Shown piece by piece: positions 20,423-30,449 of a stretch of 64,000 nucleotides of DNA. This stretch comes from a virus. The notes below the pieces were generated by a model. That model made no database searches. It saw only the letters and a program-made list of their open reading frames with translations, and was not told the origin of the DNA. Where the stretch lies: positions 95,042-159,041 of IMG/VR virus record IMGVR_UViG_3300021197_001995; one strand, 5' to 3'. Position 1 is the stretch's first letter; every line of letters begins with the position of its first letter. The position numbers and the translations under genes are program-made.

Positions 20423-21440
20423 AGAATCAGTATGTTTCGACGACGTGCTTCTTGAGCCGCAAAAGAGTGCAATCAACAGCAGGGATGCTATAGATATAAG
20501 CACGTCGATAGGCCACCACCGCTTCAGGCTCCCAATAATTTCGTCACCAATGGACACCATCACCGAGTCAACGATGGCCCTTTCGATGGCCGCCTCTGGA
20601 GGCCTGGGTATCATACATAGATATAACACAATAAAAGACCAAGCAAACATTATTTCAGAAATGTCTTCTATCCATGAAAACATGGCCTCATCACACATTT
20701 CTTCCATTTCCGCCGCTGTCGGCGCCTCTTCTAATTTTATGGAGCGCGCTGCAACATTGTACGCCGCCGGAGCCAGAATCTTGTGCATCGACGTTGCTCA
20801 CGGCCATCATTCTCTCGTCGAACGAGCGCTGAAAACCTTGCGGGATTCTTATGGTGATAATGTCACTTTGATTGCAGGAAACGTCGCGACTGCAGAGGGG
20901 TTTAACGACCTTTCTTTGTGGGGCGCCGACGCAATTAGGGTTGGAATCGGAGGTGGCTCAATCTGCTCCACTAGGATACAAACAGGCCACGGCGTGCCAA
21001 CTCTCCAATCGGTGCTAGACTGCAGAACAGTAGACTCAGACGCAAAGATCATCGCCGACGGCGGAATCAAGAATGCTGGAGATATAGTCAAGGCCCTCGC
21101 CGCAGGTGCAGACTTTGCCATGCTTGGTTCAATGCTAGCGGGGACAAGGGAGACACCCGGACAACTCATAAACAATCAATACAAAGTATACAGGGGCATG
21201 GCCAGCCCAGAAGCTCAGATAGCGTGGAAGGGGGAGGCACGTTCCTTAGAAGGTGTTTCTACTACGGTACCACTTAAGGGAGACGTCGAAGACGTTTTAG
21301 GTAAGATCTCCAAGAACGTAAGGTCCGGCTTGTCATACACTGGAGCCTTAAACCTTTCAGAGTTCAGGGCCAAAGCCAGGTTTATCAAACAGTCTCCGTC
21401 AGCCCTTGTGGAAAGCAGGACTCACATTTTATCCAGATGA
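20412..21440 (+). CDS. guaB: IMP dehydrogenase / GMP reductase family enzyme (no CBS domain)
   Basis: FDDVLL, SSPMDT, GIIHR, IDVAHG, GIGGGSICSTR, IADGG, YRGMAS. GuaB versus GuaC cannot be resolved by eye. Confidence 0.88.
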   Translation: MKIRESVCFDDVLLEPQKSAINSRDAIDISTSIGHHRFRLPIISSPMDTITESTMALSMAASGGLGIIHRYNTIKDQANIISEMSSIHENMASSHISSISAAVGASSNFMERAATLYAAGARILCIDVAHGHHSLVERALKTLRDSYGDNVTLIAGNVATAEGFNDLSLWGADAIRVGIGGGSICSTRIQTGHGVPTLQSVLDCRTVDSDAKIIADGGIKNAGDIVKALAAGADFAMLGSMLAGTRETPGQLINNQYKVYRGMASPEAQIAWKGEARSLEGVSTTVPLKGDVEDVLGKISKNVRSGLSYTGALNLSEFRAKARFIKQSPSALVESRTHILSR

Positions 21441-21766
21441 TAGAAGATTTCAAACCGGTAACTTTTACTTTCAAGTGTCACGAGAAGGAGTCCGCGGACT
21501 TAAAAGTAAGACTAAAATATGACAAGCTTCAGCAGACTGAATTTTTTGTGTCCATTCTAAAGATGTACATAGACAATGACCCTTTGCTTCTGAGCGTAGT
21601 AGAGAGGATAAAAGGAGAGAAGAGCAAGATGGGAAAGAAAAAACTAAAGAACACTAAAAGAGACTTAGACTTAGGAAGGGAAATTATGAAGAATTTAGGA
21701 ATTACAGAATCAGACAAACAAAATGTTTTTGACTTGATCGAATCTGACTGGCCGGAACATGAATAA
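21437..21766 (+). CDS. hypothetical protein (possible ribbon-helix-helix-like)
   Basis: 109 aa ORF with ATGA overlap. Confidence 0.55.
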   Translation: MIEDFKPVTFTFKCHEKESADLKVRLKYDKLQQTEFFVSILKMYIDNDPLLLSVVERIKGEKSKMGKKKLKNTKRDLDLGREIMKNLGITESDKQNVFDLIESDWPEHE

Positions 21767-22004
21767 ATATGTACTGCCACAATGTGCCAAAAACTGCTTG
21801 AAAGCTGAAAAATCCTGCGATAAATCTGATTGCCGGATGTGGGTAAATTACGGAGAGGACGTCAATTGTTCCCTGGTTTCAATCTACACTAATGGCGCGA
21901 TGACTCTCGAAGAGGTAGCCAAGAGAATGGAGTTATCTTTCGTCAGGATCTCGCAGATAGAAAAGCAGGCAATAAATAAACTTTCAAAAAGGATAAAAAT
22001 CTGA
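21759..22004 (+). CDS. stand-alone sigma70 region-4 HTH protein with Cys-rich N-terminus
   Basis: MTLEEVAKRMELSFVRISQIEKQAINKL matches the region 4.2 pattern TLEEVG....VTRERIRQIE.KAL.KL. Confidence 0.8.
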   Translation: MNKYVLPQCAKNCLKAEKSCDKSDCRMWVNYGEDVNCSLVSIYTNGAMTLEEVAKRMELSFVRISQIEKQAINKLSKRIKI

Positions 22005-22023
22005 CGTTTATACTGCACCTAAA

Positions 22024-22030
22024 CTATTTA
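22024..22030 (+). promoter_or_regulatory. putative phage late-promoter motif CTAWTTA (representative copy)
   Basis: Same heptamer upstream of ORFs at 22024, 23482, 27012, 28546, 33821, 34542, 57723, 58978, 59365 and 62821; variant at 44969. Confidence 0.55.
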
Positions 22031-22083
22031 TAGTTGTATTATACCAATGGTCACCACTTTGAACAACAAGGAGATTATATAAA

Positions 22084-22632
22084 ATGAGTGATAAAAAACT
22101 GCTAAAAGAAAACACGATTCGCCGCTTCATGAAGCTTGCAAACGTGGAAGCCTTAACGGATAATTTCATCCAAACAAACGAGACCGTCGCGCCAGGCGTG
22201 GTTCTAAAAGAAGAGGCACCGATGGAAGATGAAATCGGCATGGAAGAAGAACCAGCTGAGGAAGAGATGGAAATGGAGATGGATGATGACATGGGCGACG
22301 AGATGGGCGGCGACATGGACGAGCCTGCTGCAGCCGACATCAGCCTGACAGAAGAAGAAGCACAACTTCTCATCGATCTTGGAGAGAGACTACAATCTGC
22401 TATGAGCGAAGGCTCAGAGGAAGAAGGTCTGGAAGACGACGACGAGGACTTTGATCTCGAAGACGACGACATGGGATCTGACCTTGATGCAGAGGACGAA
22501 GGCCCAGCTGAAGAGGAGCCAGAAGCCCCAGGAATGCGATCCGACGTTTATGAGAACAAAGAAGCGATTATAGAGGAGGTTCTTAAGAGAGTCACCAAAA
22601 GAATCGTATCTAAAAAGATGAATCGCAACTAG
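22084..22632 (+). CDS. highly acidic protein, putative head scaffold / internal protein
   Basis: D/E/M-rich low-complexity core; N-terminal 'LLKENTIRRFMKLA'; preceded by CTATTTA. Confidence 0.55.
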   Translation: MSDKKLLKENTIRRFMKLANVEALTDNFIQTNETVAPGVVLKEEAPMEDEIGMEEEPAEEEMEMEMDDDMGDEMGGDMDEPAAADISLTEEEAQLLIDLGERLQSAMSEGSEEEGLEDDDEDFDLEDDDMGSDLDAEDEGPAEEEPEAPGMRSDVYENKEAIIEEVLKRVTKRIVSKKMNRN

Positions 22633-22666
22633 AAAGTAAGAAGTGAAAGCTCGTTGGTAACATATA

Positions 22667-22696
22667 AAGCCCCGCCCTAAAAAGTGGGGTTTTTTA
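22667..22696 (+). terminator. intrinsic terminator
   Basis: AAGCCCCGC-loop-GTGGGGTT followed by a T run. Confidence 0.75.
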
Positions 22697-22792
22697 TTTA
22701 TCAACTAAAAGAATTAAAATCTGAAAAAAGAGTGGAAAAGACAACAAACTTCTGATAGTATAAATAAACATCAAAAAAGAGAGACCACAACA

Positions 22793-23485
22793 ATGATCGA
22801 AAGAGTAACATCTCAACCTGAGAAGAAGAAAAAACCTGGAAAGAAGGATAAAGCCAAAGAGAAAGACGATAATCAAATAGTTATAGTCAACAACATACAA
22901 CTGCCTCAACACAGTGACCAAGAACTCAGGACTATAAATCTCTACGGTGACATCACTGAACAAAAAGGCGCCGACGTGGTGGCCGCTCTATTATATTTAG
23001 AAAGTAACTCGCACACAGTAATGCAACAAGACCCCACGGATCCAGAAAGTAAAGACGTTATCGTTGCGAGATCTATCTCCATGATAATCTCCACCCATGG
23101 CGGCATAGCCTCCGACATGTTTTCCATCTTGGACATTATGGACTTGATAAAACAGCGCACATGTGACGTCGAGACCTTCGGCCTAGGCAAGGTAATGTCG
23201 GCCGGCGTGCCTATACTTGCTGCCGGCACACCCGGGAGACGTAAAGTCGGCCGAAATTGCCGCATAATGCTTCACAATGTGATGGCAGGAACAGGAGGGA
23301 CGATCTTTTCCATGGAAAATGAACTTGACGAGATAAGATGGGTCCAAGACCGATACATCGAGACTCTTGCGAGCTACACAAAACTTACGCCATCTAAAAT
23401 AAAAAAGCTTCTAAAGACCCAAAAAGACGTGTACATCTCGGCAGAAGAGGCTATAAAGATGGGAATTGCAGATGAGATCATCTAA
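22793..23485 (+). CDS. clpP: ClpP-family protease
   Basis: INLYGDI, STHGG, VMSAG (Ser), IMLHN (His), KDVYISAEEAIKMGIADEII (Asp). Confidence 0.9.
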   Translation: MIERVTSQPEKKKKPGKKDKAKEKDDNQIVIVNNIQLPQHSDQELRTINLYGDITEQKGADVVAALLYLESNSHTVMQQDPTDPESKDVIVARSISMIISTHGGIASDMFSILDIMDLIKQRTCDVETFGLGKVMSAGVPILAAGTPGRRKVGRNCRIMLHNVMAGTGGTIFSMENELDEIRWVQDRYIETLASYTKLTPSKIKKLLKTQKDVYISAEEAIKMGIADEII

Positions 23486-23505
23486 TTATACAGAGGAGAA
23501 GTAAG

Positions 23506-25374
23506 ATGGCATGGCACGAAGAATTTTTATCAGAGAATAACAAGAAATCTACCATATCAACCATGGGAGACCTTTTCAGTCTTATCGAAGAGGTCTTCGA
23601 GGTAGAGAAGGGTAGACTGTTTAAGTCGAACAAAGACCCAATCGCTCTGCTCAAAGAGCAATTCCTCAACGAACGAAAGTCTATGACTATGACCTTGGAT
23701 GCTATTCCTGAAATAGCAGTCACAGAATTAGGCTGGACTGATGTCACAGGCGCCGGCGGCGACAATCCAGTTAACGGCCCTGAGCGAAAAAAGCTGTTGC
23801 AGTTCTTGGAGAACATTCCAGGCGGAGACTTTGTAGAAAAGATTAAGTCACTTTCCAATTTCTATGACGATCCTGATGCTGCAATGCAAGAGATGTTTGG
23901 CGACGGGGGAAGCACTTCGACCGCACAACAGATAGCGGTAGCTTTATCTTATTTGGTCTTCTATAAGACGTTGACGAAGGTCATAGCGAATTTTAACGCT
24001 GCCTCTGCGGGCTTTAGTTTCGAAGCGTTCCTAGCTGTCTTGATGGAAGGCGAGCAAATACCAGCCAACACTGGGACTATTGCGGACTTTCTTTCTAGGA
24101 GTGACGGTACCGCCATGCCTGTAAGTCTGAAGTTGTATCAAGACGGAAACCTGCACGTTGGAGGTTCTTTCAGAGATCTCGTTGGAGATATAACGAACCC
24201 TAAATTTGATAACGATCTTATGCGTTATGTTGCCGTGACGAAAAGGTTCGAAGGCGGCCAGAAAGAAGGTCAGGACGTCAATGGTTTTTTGAAGTGGTAT
24301 AGGTTTGACTTTACTTTAGATAACATTTTCGATATACTGTCCAGGTCCTCAAAACACTCCAGATTATGTATTCAGTTGCCAAGAGGTGGCCAAGCTTTCA
24401 TAGACGATTTACCAGGCATCGCAGCGCCATCAGCAGAAGAGATGGAAAACAAATACGCCCTAGCTTTTCAAAAAGAAATGGACGTTATGAACGTGAAATT
24501 ACCAGAAGAACTGCAAGTTGATGAGTTATTCACGCAACAATTTCTTAAAAATCTAAGTTGGGCCACGCAACTAAGTGATAAATTTTTTGCACAATTCGAC
24601 CCTGATGCGAAGTTATCAGACGAACAAAAAGCTTCCCCCGATTACGAACCAAGAGCACCTTACGTAAAGAGGGGCACCTCTCCCATGTACGGCTCGGGAG
24701 CGCCTTTCCTCGCGCTAATAGACGTCGTACTAGGGACTCTAGCCCAAGTTAATGACACGCTACCTGAGCCTAGGTACAACCTGGAGGACAAGGCTATCAC
24801 AAACCGTATGAACGGTCTTGCTATCAGTATAGCAAGACGTGCCAAAGCTGCCAACAACGGTGGTGGCGCCGCTGATAAGATTAGCATACTAAAGCAGTAT
24901 TCTGCTACGAAAGAGACCTTGCGGCGCAATAAGCGTCTGAACTTAAAGAAGAACTGGTTCTCACCAGAGGAGTCGGCAAAACAATACAACGCTATGAGTA
25001 GAGAGCAGAAGCTGGCAGCCTTAGTGCAGACCCGAGGCTTTCTTTCAACAGAGCAGTTTGGTCTAACTCAGAACATGGTAGCAGAAATTGACACTTACAG
25101 CAACAGCCGCGTTCTTGGACCTAATCAAGATAAAGCATTCTTCGGAGTTATAAACGTTGGTAGGAAGAACACACAGAAAATGCTAAACAGAGTTACAGGA
25201 ATCCTTAACGAGTCCTTGTTTGACATTTTTGTGAACGTAAAATCAATACAAGACAACACCTATGCTTATATCGCCGGCGGCATGTCGGAAGACGCAAAAG
25301 CAGAAGAAGCAATTAAGGCTTCTGGAAATGTTATCTCAAAGACAGAAGAACTTCAATCAACAAAAGATAAATAA
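23506..25374 (+). CDS. hypothetical protein (probable virion/late protein)
   Basis: 622 aa ORF after CTAATTA with GAGGAG RBS. Contains 'FEAFLA...IAD...VSLKL', weakly PD-(D/E)XK-like. Confidence 0.6.
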   Translation: MAWHEEFLSENNKKSTISTMGDLFSLIEEVFEVEKGRLFKSNKDPIALLKEQFLNERKSMTMTLDAIPEIAVTELGWTDVTGAGGDNPVNGPERKKLLQFLENIPGGDFVEKIKSLSNFYDDPDAAMQEMFGDGGSTSTAQQIAVALSYLVFYKTLTKVIANFNAASAGFSFEAFLAVLMEGEQIPANTGTIADFLSRSDGTAMPVSLKLYQDGNLHVGGSFRDLVGDITNPKFDNDLMRYVAVTKRFEGGQKEGQDVNGFLKWYRFDFTLDNIFDILSRSSKHSRLCIQLPRGGQAFIDDLPGIAAPSAEEMENKYALAFQKEMDVMNVKLPEELQVDELFTQQFLKNLSWATQLSDKFFAQFDPDAKLSDEQKASPDYEPRAPYVKRGTSPMYGSGAPFLALIDVVLGTLAQVNDTLPEPRYNLEDKAITNRMNGLAISIARRAKAANNGGGAADKISILKQYSATKETLRRNKRLNLKKNWFSPEESAKQYNAMSREQKLAALVQTRGFLSTEQFGLTQNMVAEIDTYSNSRVLGPNQDKAFFGVINVGRKNTQKMLNRVTGILNESLFDIFVNVKSIQDNTYAYIAGGMSEDAKAEEAIKASGNVISKTEELQSTKDK

Positions 25375-25379
25375 ACCCC

Positions 25380-25408
25380 TTGACATTTCAACCGAAATGC
25401 ATTATAGT
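25380..25408 (+). promoter_or_regulatory. sigma70-type promoter of groEL
   Basis: TTGACA-17-TATAGT. Confidence 0.75.
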
Positions 25409-25438
25409 ATATACATACAAACATGAAAGCGAGTCAAA

Positions 25439-27007
25439 ATGACCACACAACTCAGCCACGGAACTGAACTCCGCAATAAAGTTCTTGAAGGCGTAAACAC
25501 TCTGGCGGATTATGTAGCAACAACGCTTGGACCAAAAGGTCAAAACGTACTCATTCACGAAAAGGGCCGAAGCCCGTTTGTGACTAAAGATGGAGTCACG
25601 GTCGCACAGAGTATAAACTTTGAAGACCCGCACGTTAATGCAGGAGCACAGGTTGTAAAGCAAGTTTCAGCCCAAACAAACGCGGAAGCTGGAGACGGTA
25701 CCACCACAAGTACCGTATTAGCCAGAGAAATACTTTCTCAAGCGAACAAACACATCGCTTCAGGGGTATCTCCCATAGAAATCAAAAGAGGCCTAGAACA
25801 GTGCATGCTCGAAGCGACAGAGATAGTGAAGGAAATCTCTACACCGATCTCGTCCGTAGAAGATGTAAAGCACATCGCAACCATCTCGGCAAATAACGAC
25901 GAAACTATTGGAACGCTTGTCGCCACCGCAGTAGATAAGGTAGGCAAGAACGGCTCCATCACAATCGAAGAAGCACGTAGTCATGAAACGAGTTTAGATC
26001 TTGTGGAAGGATTTAGATTCTCTGGCGGATATGCAGCCACCGCATTTGTTACGGATGAAAGAAGGGGTGTTTGCAGATATGAGAACCCAATGTTCTTTAT
26101 TACTGACTCAAAGGTAGAACAGATAAACCAAATACTGCCGGCATTAGAACTAGCAGCCCGAGAAGGGCAGCCGTTTGTTATAGTTGCAGATGAAATAGAA
26201 GGTCAAGCGCTTGCTGCACTAATTATGAATACCGTTCGAGGTTCTATGAAGGTTGTGGCAATCAAAGCGCCACACTATGGTGAGCAAAGAAGAGCGATCA
26301 TGAGTGACCTAGCGGTCTCAACCGGGGCAACATTCTTCCAACAAAAGATGGGGAACAAGTTGACTGAGGTTTCTTTGAGTGATTTTGGTAAAGCAACCAG
26401 TATAGAAATCACAAAGAACATGACGACGGTTGTTGACGGGGAGGGTTCACATGAAGAAATCGACCAGACAATTGAAAAGGTTAAGGAAGAAATCAAACAA
26501 ACTGATGACATCCATGAAGCAGGGCGACTCCAAGATCGTGTTACTCGCCTCTCTTCTGGTGTTGCTATTATCCGCGTGGGTGCATCATCTCAAGTAGAGA
26601 TGATAGAAAAGAAGCACCGGATTGAAGATGCGTTAGAAGCCGTCAGATCTGCTCAGAAAGAAGGAGTGGTCCCTGGAGGTGGAACCACCTTATTGCGTAT
26701 CGCATCCGCCGTAGCTCCAAACTTCGTAAATGAAGACCAAGCTACAGCGCTCTCAATTTTCCGCCGGGCCCTCGCGGCACCATTCAGAAAGATGGCAAGC
26801 AATGCAGGAATGTCGCCGGAAGTAGCGATGTTGACAGTTCAGGAATGTAAAGAATCCGAGGGTATTGATTTCTCCACTGGAGACAAGGTTGACCTCTTAC
26901 AGGCTGGGATTATCGACCCTGCAAAAGTAACCCGCTGCGCCCTTAAGAATGCAGTATCAGTTTCTTCCACTCTTTTATTAACTAATCATAGTATTGTACA
27001 AGGGTAG
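25439..27007 (+). CDS. groEL: chaperonin GroEL
   Basis: TLGPKG, TKDGVTVA, AGDGTTT, GVVPGGG, GIIDPAKV. Confidence 0.97.
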   Translation: MTTQLSHGTELRNKVLEGVNTLADYVATTLGPKGQNVLIHEKGRSPFVTKDGVTVAQSINFEDPHVNAGAQVVKQVSAQTNAEAGDGTTTSTVLAREILSQANKHIASGVSPIEIKRGLEQCMLEATEIVKEISTPISSVEDVKHIATISANNDETIGTLVATAVDKVGKNGSITIEEARSHETSLDLVEGFRFSGGYAATAFVTDERRGVCRYENPMFFITDSKVEQINQILPALELAAREGQPFVIVADEIEGQALAALIMNTVRGSMKVVAIKAPHYGEQRRAIMSDLAVSTGATFFQQKMGNKLTEVSLSDFGKATSIEITKNMTTVVDGEGSHEEIDQTIEKVKEEIKQTDDIHEAGRLQDRVTRLSSGVAIIRVGASSQVEMIEKKHRIEDALEAVRSAQKEGVVPGGGTTLLRIASAVAPNFVNEDQATALSIFRRALAAPFRKMASNAGMSPEVAMLTVQECKESEGIDFSTGDKVDLLQAGIIDPAKVTRCALKNAVSVSSTLLLTNHSIVQG

Positions 27008-27041
27008 TTGACTAATTAGTGATAAGCGGGAGGGCTGAATT

Positions 27042-27305
27042 ATGTTTGAACAACAGGACATCATGGAATTATCTAACAAAATAGACAAGGTCTGCAACGG
27101 CATAGAAGTGGTGAGAGACAAACAGGAAGAAATGTCGGAAGATGTAGCAAAAATAAAAGAGGCAGTTTATAATCCAGACAACGGTCTTTACGCTAGGCTG
27201 AGGGAACTGGAAACCTGGAAGCAAACATCATCCAGAATGATTTGGACGCTTTTTACGACGGTTATTGGTTTAATAGGTGCCTTCGTCCTGAAGAGTATAG
27301 GGTGA
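27042..27305 (+). CDS. coiled-coil protein with C-terminal TM helix (holin/XhlA-like)
   Basis: Coiled coil followed by MIWTLFTTVIGLIGAFVL. Confidence 0.5.
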   Translation: MFEQQDIMELSNKIDKVCNGIEVVRDKQEEMSEDVAKIKEAVYNPDNGLYARLRELETWKQTSSRMIWTLFTTVIGLIGAFVLKSIG

Positions 27306-27308
27306 GGC

Positions 27309-27593
27309 ATGCTGGTCGAGCTTAAAAAATTATCCATAACAAACAACGGATACAATAGAGTTATCTCTTTAGATAGGTTCTATGTGAACTCTAACAGTAT
27401 TCTGTCCTTATCTGACTATTCCGGCGCTAAAGAATTTCTCCTGAAGGAGAGTCCTGAAAACTATTCTAAAAAAGCTTATTCGATCCTGAAGTTTACCGAG
27501 GGTGCCAACATCGAAGAGATTATTGTTCTAGGAACAGCGGAAGAGCTATTTAAGGCGATTAACGGATCCGGGAAGATGTTGTTAAATGACTGA
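27309..27593 (+). CDS. hypothetical protein
   Basis: 94 aa ORF with GAGG RBS. Confidence 0.6.
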   Translation: MLVELKKLSITNNGYNRVISLDRFYVNSNSILSLSDYSGAKEFLLKESPENYSKKAYSILKFTEGANIEEIIVLGTAEELFKAINGSGKMLLND

Positions 27594-27834
27594 TAGAATA
27601 CTAATTTATGGCAGAAGCAACTGCCCTTTCTGCCTATACGCTCAGGATTTTTGCATAGCAAATAGCTTAGAGTTTAAGTTCTTGGATTATATACACGACG
27701 AAGAATTTCTAGAAGAGTGTAAGGAGTTCTATGATCACCCAACTGTTCCGATTGTTTTATCAAACGATTTAGATTCTGGATTGGTCAAAAAAATCGGAGG
27801 CTATACTGACCTGTTAGACAGGTCAAATGAGTAA
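27586..27834 (+). CDS. glutaredoxin
   Basis: CPFC, TVP, IGGYTDL. Confidence 0.92.
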   Translation: MTDRILIYGRSNCPFCLYAQDFCIANSLEFKFLDYIHDEEFLEECKEFYDHPTVPIVLSNDLDSGLVKKIGGYTDLLDRSNE

Positions 27835-28159
27835 AGAAACCCCAGTGAAAGTAGAAGTCCTTAAGACTATCTATGATGCAATGATACCAGCTTATCATCG
27901 ACTAAACTCATTAACACAAGATGTAACGTCAGGAACTTACCCTTTATCTGATTCCGAGAGGGCTTCGTTGCTGGACGCAACGGCATGTGCCACCACCCTA
28001 AAAGCAATCTTTGAAGAGTACTTATCTCAGGCTCTCGAAAGTTCTGTTGATACACTCTACTTGCCCAATGCGGAATTCAAGAGTGTATTAACTATGTCAA
28101 AAGTAGTAGAGGCGTCACAAAGAGCGACCTACTCCAACGCAGCAATTTGGTCACACTAA
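27827..28159 (+). CDS. hypothetical protein
   Basis: 110 aa ORF within the operon. Confidence 0.6.
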   Translation: MSKETPVKVEVLKTIYDAMIPAYHRLNSLTQDVTSGTYPLSDSERASLLDATACATTLKAIFEEYLSQALESSVDTLYLPNAEFKSVLTMSKVVEASQRATYSNAAIWSH

Positions 28160-28497
28160 TGTCAGTATATTTTGGCGTCTTTCTTTTTTTCTTGGGTCAA
28201 ACGCTGGGATGGTTTCAGTTAAACACCCAATATTTATCAGAATGGTGGCAGAATAGGCCCATCGCAGCCGCATTCATAATGGGTGTGCCAACATCTATAT
28301 CTTTTTGGTATGCCTGGAGAATTATAGTCGAAGCAACGGGGTCTGTATGGACCGCAAGATTCATCGGCTCATCCGCAGGTTTAATACTGTTTCCTATTTT
28401 GACATGGTTCCTTCTTGGTGAATCAATGCTAACGACAAAAACCATGATCTGTTTTTCTTTGGCAGTGTTGATAATTCTAATTCAGCTTTTCTATTAA
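28159..28497 (+). CDS. 4-TM membrane protein (DMT/SMR-like)
   Basis: Four hydrophobic segments; 'LTWFLLGE' resembles DMT family loops. Confidence 0.6.
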   Translation: MSVYFGVFLFFLGQTLGWFQLNTQYLSEWWQNRPIAAAFIMGVPTSISFWYAWRIIVEATGSVWTARFIGSSAGLILFPILTWFLLGESMLTTKTMICFSLAVLIILIQLFY

Positions 28498-28576
28498 TCT
28501 TCGTCTGAAATCAATTAAATCTTAAACCCTTAAGTTACTCCTTGACTATTTATAGTAAAAAGGTTATAATACTAGT

Positions 28577-30448
28577 ATGAACTTCAACAACACATGGCGA
28601 AACTATGTTCGCACACCAATAAAATCTAAAAACGTCATCCTGATGGAGGAGGGCTATAGGTTAGCTAACTTGTTAGCAGAAAGCAAAAAGAAACTAGCCA
28701 AGGGAAAGTTTGAAATAACAAACGAGTTCGGAGTGGTGGATATCCTAGCGACACAACTGAAAAGTCAGTTCGGGCCCCAGGGTATGTCAAAATACATAAT
28801 GTTTGCCTGCAAATGTATGGAAGAATTTTATCAAAAATTTACAATCAAAAACCCAGAAGGTAAACATGTTATGAAAGACGGTTACACTGCGACGACCTTC
28901 TTTGACCAAGTGATGGGTTTAGTCACTGACTTCCATAGAAATCAGCAGAGAATCGATGAGAAAGACATAAACAAGTATACTTTTGATACCCTCACTCAAA
29001 AATTGCAAGCCTTACCGCAGTCCGCCGGCGAAAGAAAGAGGTACATGAAAGACAAAGAGTTGGCGAAAAAAGACTCAGAACTAGTCTACAGCGATAACGG
29101 CATTTTTGCTGTGCGGCCGCTCACAACACAGTCTTCGTGCTACTACGGTCAAAACCCCCGACTAACAAATTGGTGTATCTCGACGAAATCTAAACTAAAT
29201 TATTTTAAAAGATACACCGAACAAGAAGGTAAAGCGTTTGTTATAGCTTATTTTTCAGGTATCCCAGAGGGCAACAAAGACCACTTGATTACTTTAGAGT
29301 TTGATCAAGACGGCGATTTAACAATGATATGGGATGCTCCAAACAAATCGCAGGATCCGGATGATATTTACGAAATCGTAGAGAGACACCTCAAGGGCTT
29401 GCAAGAAAAGGAATCTGCCGACGCTATAGCGAATTTTAGAGATGAGCCGAAGTCGATGACAGATGCAGGATTAGAATCAAAGGCCTTCTCGATAGTAGAA
29501 GAAATTCTGAGGGAGTCAAAGGAATGGATACAACACAACCCGCCACCAGATCCTGAGCAGGCGACAGAGAGGCGCTGCCAAGAAGCAGAACGAATGGCCA
29601 ACGAAGAGTACGAGTTTGTTAGTCCGCACTGGGAACTGGGAAACCGAGAACCAGGCGAACCGCCTTCTGTTATGTTCTACGCGAACCTGGAGGTACTCTG
29701 GGACATAGACACACCGGAGTACGAGGATGCCACAGGTAACGTGTTATTGAACAAAGACTATCGTTTCTGGAGAGACTTCGAGTCTAAATTTTCAGAGAAT
29801 TTGCAAAAAATGGGCCCACCATGGTCTGACATGTCCGGAGAGGTAAACTGCTATACTGAAGATAACTATGCTAAATTGGAGCTTAGATTCGACGGGTACG
29901 ATTCTTACCATGGAGAAGATGCAGAAGGTTTCGAGGCCTTTTGTGCAGAAGACTGTAGGGCCCTGGAGAACCGCGGTGCCCAGATGCAAGAGCTTATGGC
30001 AGCAATGCTGAACGCAGAGGCGGGCGTAGATAGAAACAGAGACGAAGATGAAGACGACGATTTGCTTGAGAACAAATTCTACCAAGGCTTAGAATCACAA
30101 CTACTCGGAGAAGAAAAAGGCCGTTCAAGACAGAGAGGCATTTATAAGTTCTATTGCATGATTGCTTACAGTTTGACAGCTGAGGGAGAAAAGACTCGTG
30201 GCCTCGACGACATTTTAGCAGACATGCGCGCGCTACCAAACGTCACAATCGTTACAGTAGCTATAAGAAACCAGAAGGTAGCCGACGGCCGATACATCGC
30301 AGGTTTGGCTATAAAATTCATACCATCAACACCTGGGGACATGAACACTCCAGAAAATGTAAAAGCCCGAATAGTCAGAGACATTAAGAGGTTAGAGAAC
30401 GTCCGTTCTTTGTTTAAGCTCTCTTCCGGAATTATAAGATTGGAGTAG
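28577..30448 (+). CDS. hypothetical protein (probable late/virion protein)
   Basis: 623 aa; YG....WCIS motif; preceded by CTATTTA. Confidence 0.6.
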   Translation: MNFNNTWRNYVRTPIKSKNVILMEEGYRLANLLAESKKKLAKGKFEITNEFGVVDILATQLKSQFGPQGMSKYIMFACKCMEEFYQKFTIKNPEGKHVMKDGYTATTFFDQVMGLVTDFHRNQQRIDEKDINKYTFDTLTQKLQALPQSAGERKRYMKDKELAKKDSELVYSDNGIFAVRPLTTQSSCYYGQNPRLTNWCISTKSKLNYFKRYTEQEGKAFVIAYFSGIPEGNKDHLITLEFDQDGDLTMIWDAPNKSQDPDDIYEIVERHLKGLQEKESADAIANFRDEPKSMTDAGLESKAFSIVEEILRESKEWIQHNPPPDPEQATERRCQEAERMANEEYEFVSPHWELGNREPGEPPSVMFYANLEVLWDIDTPEYEDATGNVLLNKDYRFWRDFESKFSENLQKMGPPWSDMSGEVNCYTEDNYAKLELRFDGYDSYHGEDAEGFEAFCAEDCRALENRGAQMQELMAAMLNAEAGVDRNRDEDEDDDLLENKFYQGLESQLLGEEKGRSRQRGIYKFYCMIAYSLTAEGEKTRGLDDILADMRALPNVTIVTVAIRNQKVADGRYIAGLAIKFIPSTPGDMNTPENVKARIVRDIKRLENVRSLFKLSSGIIRLE

Positions 30449-30449
30449 A

